This document shows positions 42,247-50,792 of a stretch of 61,573 bases of DNA, one piece after another. Numbering within the stretch: position 1 is the stretch's first letter; each line of letters opens with the position of its first letter. Below the pieces are notes generated by a model. The model did not search any database. It was not told the origin of the DNA and saw only the letters and a program-made list of their open reading frames with translations. The position numbers and the translations under genes are program-made. This DNA is from Candidatus Methylomirabilota bacterium (lineage in GTDB: Bacteria > Methylomirabilota > Methylomirabilia > Rokubacteriales > CSP1-6): contig DASRIY010000377.1 of assembly GCA_035649755.1 (NCBI GenBank), positions 1-61,573 on the forward strand, in the 5' to 3' direction.

Positions 42247-43462
42247 CGCCGCGCTCGGCGAGCCGTGCCAGCGCCTCGCGCGAGAGTCCCAGCCGTCCGC
42301 CGTAGATCTCCTCGTTGTGCTCTCCGGGCCGCGCCGGCCCGGCGGCGTCGATCCGCCCGGGCGTCAGCGTGAGCCGCGGGACCACGCCCGGCATCGCGAG
42401 CCGGCCGAGCAGCGGGAGCGCGACCGAGACGATGTTCTCGCGGGCTCGCACGTGGGCGTCCTCGAAGAGATCGCGCACGCTCGCCACCAGCGAGGACGGC
42501 ACCTCGGCCGCCTCGAGCGCCGCGAGCGCGTCGGACGCGTCGCGCGCCGCCACCCAGCCGGCGACCAGCTCGTCCACCAGCGCGCGGTGCGCCAGGCGCG
42601 CCGGCGTCGTCGTCATGCGCGGATCGCCCGCGAGGTCGGTCCGCTCCATCGCCTGCAGAAGCCGCGCGAACATCCGGTCGTTCGTGCACGCGATAGCGAT
42701 CCAGCGGCCGTCGCGCGTGAGGAAGTGGTTGTGGGGCACCGCGCTCTCCGTGCCCGATCCGATCCGCTCGCGCACGTGGCCGGTACCGCCGTACACCGCG
42801 ATGGCGTCGTCGAGCACGCGCAGGACCGGCTCGTAAAGGGCCAGATCGACGACCTGGCCCTCGCCGGAGCGCTCGGCGTGGCGAAGCGCGACGAGGGCGC
42901 CGACCGCGCCGAAGACGCCGGCCAGATAGTCGGGCACCGTCGGCGTTCCCGGCGACACCGGCGGGCGATCCGGGTAGCCTGAGAGGTACGCGAGGCCGCC
43001 CACCGCGGCGGCGATGCGTCCAAAGCCGGGACGCTCCCGGCTCGGCCCGGTCTGACCGAACGCCGAGATCCTGACCATGACGAGCGAGCGGCGAATCGCC
43101 GAGAGCGCTTCCCATCCGAGGTTCCAGCGCTCGAGCGTTCCGGGCCTGAAGTTCTCGGTCAGCACGTGCGACTCGGAGACGAGGCGGCGGATGAGCGCCT
43201 GGCCTTCCGGGTCTCGCAGGTTGCAGGTGATCGACTTCTTGTTGCGCGACTCGACGAACCACCAGTAGGAGCCGCCCGCATCCGGGCCGGCGGCGCGGCC
43301 CAGGCGCCGCAGATCGTCGCCGACGCGCGGCTGCTCCACCTTGATCACCTCGGCGCCGAACTCGCCGAGCAGCGTCGCGCAGACCGGCGCCGCCAGATAG
43401 GTGGCGAGGTCGAGGACGCGAACGGAGTCGAGGGCGCGGCGGGGCTCGGGCACGGCGATCAT
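42239..43462 (-). CDS. CoA-transferase family III (CaiB/BaiF-like)
   Basis: VRVLDLATYLAAPVCATLLGEFGAEVIKVEQP N-terminal signature; start ATG 43462. Confidence 0.9.
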   Translation of the reverse strand: MIAVPEPRRALDSVRVLDLATYLAAPVCATLLGEFGAEVIKVEQPRVGDDLRRLGRAAGPDAGGSYWWFVESRNKKSITCNLRDPEGQALIRRLVSESHVLTENFRPGTLERWNLGWEALSAIRRSLVMVRISAFGQTGPSRERPGFGRIAAAVGGLAYLSGYPDRPPVSPGTPTVPDYLAGVFGAVGALVALRHAERSGEGQVVDLALYEPVLRVLDDAIAVYGGTGHVRERIGSGTESAVPHNHFLTRDGRWIAIACTNDRMFARLLQAMERTDLAGDPRMTTTPARLAHRALVDELVAGWVAARDASDALAALEAAEVPSSLVASVRDLFEDAHVRARENIVSVALPLLGRLAMPGVVPRLTLTPGRIDAAGPARPGEHNEEIYGGRLGLSREALARLAERGVI

Positions 43463-43505
43463 CTTACCCGCCCGTGCTACGATTCGGCGGCCCGAGAGGC
43501 AACCG

Positions 43506-44480
43506 ATGAAGGCGATGCTGGCGCGCGCGTGGGGTGAGCCGTCGACGCTGGAATACGCCGAGGCGCCCACGCCCCGGCCGAATGCCGGCGAGGTGATCAT
43601 CGAGGTCCGGGCGATCGGCTGCAACTTCCCCGACATTCTCATCGTCCAGGGGAAGTACCAGCATCGCCCCGAGTTCCCGTTCAGCCCGGGCTGCGAGGTG
43701 GCCGGCATCGTCTGCGGCGTCGGCTCCGGCGTGACCCAGGTCGGCCTCGGCGAGCGCGTCTTCGCGACGATGGCCTGGGGCGGCTACGCCGAGGTGGTCG
43801 CGGTCGACCAGCGCCACGTCTACGCCCTGCCCGACTTCATGACCTTCGAGGAGGGTGCGGTGTTCGCGCTCGCATACCAGACGGCCTGGTGCAGCCTCGT
43901 CCACCGCGCGGCGCTCCGGCGGGGCGAGACGCTCCTGGTACACGCCGCGGCGGGTGGAACCGGACTCGCCGCGATCCAGCTCGGCCGCGCGCTGGGCGCC
44001 CGGATCATCGCCACCGCGGGATCGTCGGCGAAGCTCGAGGTCGCGCGCGCCAACGGCGCCGACGTCTGCATCGACTACCGGAGCGAGGCGTGGGTGGAGC
44101 GGGTCCGGCGCGAGACGCGCGGGGCGGGCGCCGATGTCGTGTTCGATCCGGTCGGCGGTGATGTCTTCGACGGCTCGACCTCGTGCATCGCCTTCGAGGG
44201 GCGACTGCTGGTGATCGGCTTTGCCGGCGGTCGCATCGCCGAGGCCGCCACCAATCGCGTGCTCCTGAAGAACTTCAGCGTTCTCGGCGTGCACTGGGGA
44301 CTCTATCGGCAGCGCGACGCGGCGATGGTGCGGCGCTGGATGGTCGAGCTCCTGAAGCTTGCCGAGACGCGCCAGGTGAAGCCGGTCATCTGGCGATCCT
44401 TCCGGCTCGCGCAGGCGGCGGACGCCCTGACCTCGATCGCCGCGCGCGAGAGCTACGGCAAGGTCGTGCTCGTCCCGTGA
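43506..44480 (+). CDS. NADPH:quinone oxidoreductase (MDR/zinc-type ADH superfamily)
   Basis: MKAMLARAWGEP...VIIEVRAIGCNFPDILIVQGKYQ and HAAAGGTGLAAIQLGRALGA nucleotide-binding motif. Confidence 0.9.
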   Translation: MKAMLARAWGEPSTLEYAEAPTPRPNAGEVIIEVRAIGCNFPDILIVQGKYQHRPEFPFSPGCEVAGIVCGVGSGVTQVGLGERVFATMAWGGYAEVVAVDQRHVYALPDFMTFEEGAVFALAYQTAWCSLVHRAALRRGETLLVHAAAGGTGLAAIQLGRALGARIIATAGSSAKLEVARANGADVCIDYRSEAWVERVRRETRGAGADVVFDPVGGDVFDGSTSCIAFEGRLLVIGFAGGRIAEAATNRVLLKNFSVLGVHWGLYRQRDAAMVRRWMVELLKLAETRQVKPVIWRSFRLAQAADALTSIAARESYGKVVLVP

Positions 44481-44908
44481 TCAAGCTGCTCGTCAAGCGC
44501 CTCGACCCGTCGATGCCGTTGCCCGCGTACGCGCGCCCAGGCGACGCCGGACTCGATCTCCACGCCGCGCACGACATCACGCTCGAGCCCGGCGCGCGCG
44601 CCCTCGTGGGCACCGGCCTCGCGGTCGCGATTCCCTTCGGATTCGCGGGGCTCGTGCTGCCACGCTCCGGCCTCGCCCGGGCGCAGGGCGTGACGGTGTT
44701 GAACGCCCCGGGCCTGGTCGACGCCGGCTATCGAGGCGAGCTGAAGGTTCTGCTGGTGAACCACGGCGGCGAGCCGGTCACGCTGCGCCGCGGCGAGCGC
44801 GTGGCCCAGCTGGTCATCCAGCGCGTCGAGAGCGCCGAGCTGATCGAGGTCGCGGAGCTGCCGCCGAGCGAGCGCGGCGAGGGCGGGTTCGGCTCGACGG
44901 GCGCCTGA
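44477..44908 (+). CDS. dut: dUTP diphosphatase
   Basis: PAYARPGDAGLDL, PRSGLA, GLVDAGYRGE and RGEGGFGSTG motifs. GTG 44477 overlaps the upstream stop (GTGA). Confidence 0.95.
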   Translation: MIKLLVKRLDPSMPLPAYARPGDAGLDLHAAHDITLEPGARALVGTGLAVAIPFGFAGLVLPRSGLARAQGVTVLNAPGLVDAGYRGELKVLLVNHGGEPVTLRRGERVAQLVIQRVESAELIEVAELPPSERGEGGFGSTGA

Positions 44909-44920
44909 TCGCGCCGCCGC

Positions 44921-45121
44921 TCAGTACCCGCCGCCCGAGGACGTCTCGCAGCGCGTTCCGCGCCACGTTCCGCCCGAGCGCTCGCAATCCTTCTGGGCAG
45001 TCGCCCCCGAGCCCGGCGCCGAGGCCACGGATTCCGCGCACCCGGCGACGCTCGCCATCAAGAGCAGGGATCCGATGATCGTTCGCAGCGTGGTTGCATC
45101 GCGCCTCACTTCAATTCTCAT
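44921..45121 (-). CDS. Small lipoprotein (66 aa)
   Basis: Lipobox LLLMASVAGC; its ATG overlaps the stop of the CHASE2 cyclase gene (ATGA at 45118-45121). Confidence 0.4.
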   Translation of the reverse strand: MRIEVRRDATTLRTIIGSLLLMASVAGCAESVASAPGSGATAQKDCERSGGTWRGTRCETSSGGGY

Positions 45122-47256
45122 GGTTCTCGCCCTCCCGACCGCGCCACGTAGTCGGCGACGGCTGCTGCCGACTCGGCGTCCAGCGTCGCGAACTGGACCC
45201 CGGCCGCGTCGCCCCGCCTTGAAACAATCGTGGCGTCCGCCAGGATCCGGCGCGGCAGGTCACCGCCCTCGACGCGAACCTGGACCTTGGTCCCGGTCTC
45301 CCAGTCCGGGGGCACGCCGGTCAGCCCCAGTCCGCCCTCGCTGATGTCCACGGCGCGCGCGCGACAGACGCGCCCGTCGCCCGCGGTGAGCGTCGCGGCC
45401 GCGGCGAGCGCCGCCCGCTGATGCTTGCGCACGCTGGCCGGCACGACGCCGTAGATCTTCACCGGCTGCGTCTTGCCCTTGACCGTGACGTCGCCGAGCT
45501 CGCGCGTGGGGAACCTTCCCTTCACCAGCTCGTAGGTGTACTCGCTGATGATGATCGGTGCGCCGTAGTCCTTCGTGGCCGACTCGAGCCGCGAGCCGAG
45601 ATTCACGTGGTCGCCGAGCGCGGTGTACTCGAAGCGCTGGCGGGAGCCGAGAGTGCCCACCAGCATCTCGCCGGTGTTGATGCCCACGCCGATACGAATG
45701 TGGGCGCCGAGACGCGCCTGCCACTTCGCAGAGACCACGAGCGCCCGCTCCTGGAACTCGAGGCCGGTGCGGATCGCGTTCAGCGCGTGCTCGGGATCGT
45801 CGAAGGGCGCGTTGTAGAGCGCCATGATGCCGTCGCCCATGTACTTGTCGACCGAGCCCCGGTGCTTGAACACGATCTGCGTCATCTCGGTCAGGTACTC
45901 GCCGAGCAGCTCCTCGACCTGCTCTGGCTGCAGACGCTCTGAGATCGACGTGAAGCCGCGGATGTCGGAGAAGAGCACCGTGGCCACGCGGCGGCGCGGG
46001 CCGAGTCTCTCGACGTCCCGAGTCCGCACCAGCGCGCGGAGCACGTCGGGCGAGAAGAACGGCGAGAGCCGCCGCTTGTAGAGCTGGGCTGACACGAAGT
46101 TCTCGACGACGGTCGCGCCGTAGCCCAGGAGCAGCCCGACCGTGCACCCGACCCCGCGCAGCCAGAAGTCGCCGTACCGGAAGCCGACGTAGGCGGCCAG
46201 GCCGCTCACGACCAGGACGGCGAGCGTGATCACCAGCGCGCGGAATGCCTGCAGGCGCACCACCAGGAGCGATCCGACCAGCGCGAAGACGATGGCGAGC
46301 GCGGTCGACACCGCCCTCGGTACGGCTCGAATCGAGTCACCCCTGATGAACGTCTCGAGCGCGTTGGCGTGGATCTCGACGCCCGGCATGGTGCCGGCGC
46401 CAGCGAACGCCGTCGGGAAGACGTCGTGCTGGACTTCGCTCGTCGCGCCGATCAGCACGATCTTGCCGCGGAACAGCCCCTTGATCTCCTTGAAGTCGTC
46501 CGTCACCACGCGGTAGTACGGCACCCACTGAAACGTCCGGGGCCTGCCGCGGAAGTTGATGAGGACATCCCGCGCGTCGGGAAGCGGCTTCACCGGCAGG
46601 CCGGCCTTCTGCGCCTGCTGGTGCAGCCGCGCGTCGAGGGTGAGCCACCATTCGTAACCCTTCTGGGGGTCGGGCACCGCGATCCGAACGGGGACGCGCC
46701 GGACGTGGCCATCCGGATCGGGAATCAGGTTGATCGGGGCAACGGCCGCGGCGCCTTTTCTGAGAACTGGTAGGGGCAGATTCGACACCTCGCGCTCGAC
46801 GCCGGTCACCCTGCCACCCTGAGCGATCAGCGGCTGATCGTCCTGCGCGCCGGCGGCCACGAGCACGACGTTGCCGGCGCGCGCGATCGCGGCGCCGAGG
46901 GCCTCGTCGTCCTTGGGCCCGAACATCGAGGGGCTATCGAAGATGACGTCGACCCCGATGGCGATCGGCCCGTCGGCGCTGATCCGGTCGATGAGCTCGC
47001 CGTGCAAAGCGCGCGGGAATGGCCACGGGAGGTTGAGCTCCTGGAAGGTCGACTCGTCGATGCTGACGATGACGATGGGCGCGGTCGGCGGGCGGGCACC
47101 GCGCAGCTCGAAGAGCTGGTCGAGCCACAGATGCTCCCACCGCTCGAAGGAGCCGGTGAGCGCCAGCGCCGCGACACAGAGGGCCGCGCCGATACCGCAG
47201 AGGAGCCGGCGAGTGTGGCCCAGCAGTCGGGCCCCGATGCGCCCCATCTCCGCCAC
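45118..47256 (-). CDS. CHASE2 sensor, class III adenylate/guanylate cyclase, C-terminal PilZ domain
   Basis: CHASE2 region (LWLDQLFELRG...IVIVSIDESTF...GVDVIFDSPS) followed by 3 TM helices; cyclase core ATVLFSDIRGFTSISE...GDGIMALYNAP...GINTGEMLVGTLGS; PilZ motifs RKHQR and DISEGG. Confidence 0.85.
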   Translation of the reverse strand: MAEMGRIGARLLGHTRRLLCGIGAALCVAALALTGSFERWEHLWLDQLFELRGARPPTAPIVIVSIDESTFQELNLPWPFPRALHGELIDRISADGPIAIGVDVIFDSPSMFGPKDDEALGAAIARAGNVVLVAAGAQDDQPLIAQGGRVTGVEREVSNLPLPVLRKGAAAVAPINLIPDPDGHVRRVPVRIAVPDPQKGYEWWLTLDARLHQQAQKAGLPVKPLPDARDVLINFRGRPRTFQWVPYYRVVTDDFKEIKGLFRGKIVLIGATSEVQHDVFPTAFAGAGTMPGVEIHANALETFIRGDSIRAVPRAVSTALAIVFALVGSLLVVRLQAFRALVITLAVLVVSGLAAYVGFRYGDFWLRGVGCTVGLLLGYGATVVENFVSAQLYKRRLSPFFSPDVLRALVRTRDVERLGPRRRVATVLFSDIRGFTSISERLQPEQVEELLGEYLTEMTQIVFKHRGSVDKYMGDGIMALYNAPFDDPEHALNAIRTGLEFQERALVVSAKWQARLGAHIRIGVGINTGEMLVGTLGSRQRFEYTALGDHVNLGSRLESATKDYGAPIIISEYTYELVKGRFPTRELGDVTVKGKTQPVKIYGVVPASVRKHQRAALAAAATLTAGDGRVCRARAVDISEGGLGLTGVPPDWETGTKVQVRVEGGDLPRRILADATIVSRRGDAAGVQFATLDAESAAAVADYVARSGGREP

Positions 47257-47305
47257 TGTATGCTAGGCCCGTCGCCCTAGCTAATGCGATTCGCACCGTG
47301 CGCGC

Positions 47306-47334
47306 TTGACGCTCGCAGCGGGCGACGATAGGAT
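47306..47334 (+). promoter_or_regulatory. Candidate sigma70-like promoter for the small Arg-rich gene
   Basis: TTGACG (47306-47311), 17-nt spacer, TAGGAT (47329-47334). The ATG at 47348 is only 13 nt downstream and has no SD, so the transcript would be nearly leaderless. Confidence 0.4.
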
Positions 47335-47347
47335 TTTTGTACGCCCC

Positions 47348-47641
47348 ATGGCCCAGCTGGTCTTCATCGTCTCTCGCCACCGTCCCAGGCTTCGCGACTA
47401 CCTCCAGCGCGAGTTCGCCGGCAACGCCGAGGTCACCGTGATCGTCGACCGCCGGCTCGGCGAGCGGCGGCTCGACAGGGGGTCACGCAGTCCGGATCGG
47501 CGAAGCGCCAGCCGCCGTCAGGAGCAGACCGACGAGCGGCTGCGCTCGATGGGCTGGGCGATCGTGTGGCGGGACGACGCCACTACGGTCTGCGTCCCGA
47601 GCGAGGCGGCGGCGATGGCGCCGGGAGCCGGTCCCGACTAG
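47348..47641 (+). CDS. Small Arg-rich protein, copy 3 of the family
   Basis: MAQLVFIVSRHRPRLRDYLQREFAGNAEVTVIVDRRLGERRLDRGSRSPDRRSASRRQEQTDERLRSMGWAIVWRD... Confidence 0.6.
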   Translation: MAQLVFIVSRHRPRLRDYLQREFAGNAEVTVIVDRRLGERRLDRGSRSPDRRSASRRQEQTDERLRSMGWAIVWRDDATTVCVPSEAAAMAPGAGPD

Positions 47642-47645
47642 GCGC

Positions 47646-48269
47646 TCAGTGCGTGCGGTAGCCCACGAGCCCCGCCGAAAGCGTACGGCGATCGACTCGT
47701 GAGAGGTTCCGGATCATCGCGGCGGTGAGAAGCCGGGTGTGCGAAACGCCCACCAGGTGCTCTGGGATCCACCACAGGTCGTCCTCGGAGATCATCCAGC
47801 CCGGGTGCCTCCGGTCGAAGCGCCCGAGATCGACGGGCTCGGAATAGGCGCGCAGGGTCCGTTCGCCGCGCAGGTTCATGTAGCCTTCGAAGTAGCTCAT
47901 CACCAGCTCGCGCACCGTGCGGTACACGGGCTCGCGAAACCGGAGACCCGAGAAGTTCGACTTCGCGATCGCGCCCCAGTGCCCCCGCAGCCGGTAGACG
48001 GCGATCACGTGATCGGTGTCCTGCACGGCCTCCAGGTCGAGGAGCAGCGGCGGAAATCCGAGGGCGCGCAGCACCGCCGCCGCGAAGACGGCCCCCTCGA
48101 GACAGTGCGCGGTGCCCTCGCGCAGCACGCGTCGCGGGGACCACGCGGTCGTGGCGACGTGATACGGCATCGCCTCGAGCGCCTTCTGGATCCCGACCGG
48201 AGACCGGAGGGCACGAAGGGCGCGCCACTCCCGCGGGGTGAAGCCGAAGCGGCAAGTCGCCGCCGTCAC
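47646..48269 (-). CDS. Hypothetical protein with a transglutaminase/papain-like Cys-His pattern
   Basis: GTAHCLEGAVFAAAVLRALG (Cys on a helix N-terminus) followed by DTDHVIAVY. ATGA overlap with the upstream binding-protein gene. Assignment is tentative. Confidence 0.35.
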   Translation of the reverse strand: MTAATCRFGFTPREWRALRALRSPVGIQKALEAMPYHVATTAWSPRRVLREGTAHCLEGAVFAAAVLRALGFPPLLLDLEAVQDTDHVIAVYRLRGHWGAIAKSNFSGLRFREPVYRTVRELVMSYFEGYMNLRGERTLRAYSEPVDLGRFDRRHPGWMISEDDLWWIPEHLVGVSHTRLLTAAMIRNLSRVDRRTLSAGLVGYRTH

Positions 48270-49105
48270 TGCGGGCGGCCGACGTCTTCCTCTTTCGTGC
48301 CGGCGACCGGCACGAACAGGGGCTGGCCGTACTTGTCGACGCCGAACGTCTTGATGACTCGCTGGATGTCGGCCGACACCATGAAGTCGGCGAACGCCTT
48401 CCCGCCCGCCGTGTTCACCTTGGGGCCGTTGGCCGGATTGACCTCCATCACCGAGTAGAGGTTGAGGAGCGGCCGGTCGCCCTCGAGCAGGATCGGCAGT
48501 CGCACCCGCTTCTGGAACGCCAGGTAGGTGCCGCGGTCGGTCAGCGTATACGCCTTGCGGTCGTCGGCGATCCCGAGAGTCGCGCCCATCCCCTGCCCAG
48601 ACTCGATGTACCAGCCGGTCTGCGGCTCGACGCCGGCGAGCTTCCAGAGCTCCTTTTCCAGGTTGTGGGTGCCGGAGTTGTCGCCGCGGGAGACGAAGCG
48701 GGAGCCGGTCGACGCGATGGCCTTCATCGCGTCCGCCGCCTTCGTCATGCGCTTGATCCTCGCCGGGTCCTCGGCGGGCCCGATGATGACGAAGTCGTTG
48801 TACATGACGAGGCGCCGGTTGAGCATCTTGCCGTCCGCGATGTATTTCTTCTCGAGCGCGGGCGCATGGGCCAGGACGACGTCGGCTTCGCCCCGTCCGG
48901 CCAGCGCCAGGGCCTGGCCGGTGCCGATGGCGATCGTCTTGACGCTATAGCCGGTCTGGCGCTCGAACAGCGGCACCAGCACGTCGAGCAGGCCCGAGTC
49001 CTGGGTACTCGTCGTGGTCGACAGGATTACCGGCGGCCGCTGCGCCGCGGCGGACAGCGGCAGGATCGCGAGCAGGAGCGCGATCAGCAGCGCGTGACGT
49101 CGCAT
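48266..49105 (-). CDS. Periplasmic oxyanion-binding protein, TupA/PBP_like_2 family (tungstate/phosphate-type)
   Basis: Signal peptide; ILSTTTSTQDSGLLDVLVPLFERQTGYSVKTIAIGTGQALALAGRGEADVVLAHAP closely follows the TupA N-terminal lobe pattern. Confidence 0.75.
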   Translation of the reverse strand: MRRHALLIALLLAILPLSAAAQRPPVILSTTTSTQDSGLLDVLVPLFERQTGYSVKTIAIGTGQALALAGRGEADVVLAHAPALEKKYIADGKMLNRRLVMYNDFVIIGPAEDPARIKRMTKAADAMKAIASTGSRFVSRGDNSGTHNLEKELWKLAGVEPQTGWYIESGQGMGATLGIADDRKAYTLTDRGTYLAFQKRVRLPILLEGDRPLLNLYSVMEVNPANGPKVNTAGGKAFADFMVSADIQRVIKTFGVDKYGQPLFVPVAGTKEEDVGRPQ

Positions 49106-49133
49106 TACAACTGTGTCCTTTCGGCCGCGGGCC

Positions 49134-50720
49134 TCAGTACGACCAGGAGACCATCATCGTGTAGACGTTGCGAGTGTACTGGAACACCGCGAGGTTCGAC
49201 AGGTTGATCGTCGACTGGTACTCGAACGCGAGCGTGAAGCTCCAGGGCAGCGGCAGCTCGGCCCGCACGATGTTGACGAACTCCTGGTCCATCCGCCGAA
49301 CGGTGCCCGGCGCGGTCGTGGGCAGGATGCTGTTCGGGTTCTGGTAGTTGCGCAGATGGACGTCGAGGTCGTATCGGAGCCGGATCGCGTACCACGGCAG
49401 CGTGTACTGTCCGCCGGCGATGAACCGGTTACCCACGTACTCCCAATCGCTTCCAATGGTGTCGTCCCAGTCGAGCTGGTAGCCCACCTTCACGTAGTGC
49501 CGGTCCTCCGAGAATCGAAAGACCTGCGTCCCGCCGATCATCCAGTTGCTGCCGTCCCGGTTCTCCGCGGGCAGCGTGTTGACGTCGATGAACTGGTTGA
49601 ACTTCTTGTACTGATACCGGGCGAAGATCTGCGTCAGGTACCGATCGCTCGGAACGAGGCTGGCGTAGGCGCTCCCGGTGTGCCGCTGGATGAACCACCG
49701 CTGGTCGAGCCACAACACGTCGAACGTGTACTGCCCGCCGAGCAGAAGCGGCATGTTGTCGATCGCGGTGCGGTACGAGGCGCCGAGGCTCCCGAGCTGA
49801 CTCATGATGTTGAACTGCGGCAGGTCGTTGTTATACGTGCCGAAGAACGAATAGCCGATCGTCGCTTCCCACTGATCCGTCCGGAGCCACGCGTAGTCCC
49901 CCCGCAGCCCGGCCAGCTCGCCGGTCGACGTGTGCTTCACGTGCCGGAGCGCCTCGGTCAGGGGCTCGCTCGGGTTGGCGTCGGGGATGACCGGGACGTT
50001 GTCGTCGTAGAAAAAGCCCAGCTTGAGCTCGGCGGACAGCCGCCGCTGGCCCTGGCGCGCCGACACCATGGAGTCGCGGAGCCGCTCGGCCGGTCCGGTG
50101 AACGCCGAGGCCGGCGCCGCCCGGATCGCCTGGTCGATCTCGGCGGTCGCCTGCCCGGGCAGGCCGAGGGCGCCGAGGGCGAGCCCGGAGTAAAACTTCG
50201 TCAACTGCTGGAGGTCGGCGCTGCTGGTGCGGCCGGCGTTGAACGCGTCGAGCGCGCCGCGATAGTCCTTCTTGCGATAGCGCAGGTAGCCCACGTAGTA
50301 GCCGATGCCGTCGAGCGTCGGCTGGGCCTTGAACGCTTCCTCGAGCAAGGGCTGCGCCTTGTCGTACTGCTGCTGCGCGAAGTACGCGAGCCCGAGCTGG
50401 AAGGCGATCGACGGATCGTTCTTCGAGCGCATTCGCGCCTTCTCGAGGAACGGCGCGGCTTCTGCGGCCTGGTTCTTGGCCATGAGCACGACGCCCATAT
50501 AGTAGTTAGCCTCGACGTGGTCCGGTTCCGTCTGGATCGCCTTCTCGAGGTTGGCCAGCGCCTCGTCGTACCGGTTTTCCGAAAACTCGAGCACCGCCTG
50601 CGCGACGTAGACGTCGGCCTCGGTGGTCTGCGCGGCCGCGCGCTCACCGAGAACGAGCGGCGCCGTCAGCGCGACGACGAGGAGGAGGAGACGCGCCTGG
50701 CGCCGAGAGAACCGGGACAT
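49134..50720 (-). CDS. Outer-membrane protein: N-terminal TPR repeats plus C-terminal beta-barrel
   Basis: Signal peptide; ~200 aa of TPR-like repeats (YDEALANLEKAIQTEPDHVEANYYMGVV...); then alternating-hydrophobic beta strands ending in the aromatic C-terminus ...YTMMVSWSY. Confidence 0.7.
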   Translation of the reverse strand: MSRFSRRQARLLLLVVALTAPLVLGERAAAQTTEADVYVAQAVLEFSENRYDEALANLEKAIQTEPDHVEANYYMGVVLMAKNQAAEAAPFLEKARMRSKNDPSIAFQLGLAYFAQQQYDKAQPLLEEAFKAQPTLDGIGYYVGYLRYRKKDYRGALDAFNAGRTSSADLQQLTKFYSGLALGALGLPGQATAEIDQAIRAAPASAFTGPAERLRDSMVSARQGQRRLSAELKLGFFYDDNVPVIPDANPSEPLTEALRHVKHTSTGELAGLRGDYAWLRTDQWEATIGYSFFGTYNNDLPQFNIMSQLGSLGASYRTAIDNMPLLLGGQYTFDVLWLDQRWFIQRHTGSAYASLVPSDRYLTQIFARYQYKKFNQFIDVNTLPAENRDGSNWMIGGTQVFRFSEDRHYVKVGYQLDWDDTIGSDWEYVGNRFIAGGQYTLPWYAIRLRYDLDVHLRNYQNPNSILPTTAPGTVRRMDQEFVNIVRAELPLPWSFTLAFEYQSTINLSNLAVFQYTRNVYTMMVSWSY

Positions 50721-50792
50721 TCCGGAATGTCGCCCGAGTCGCAGGTACGTAGGGCCTCCTCTTGACAGTCAATCACAATGACGCGATGATCC

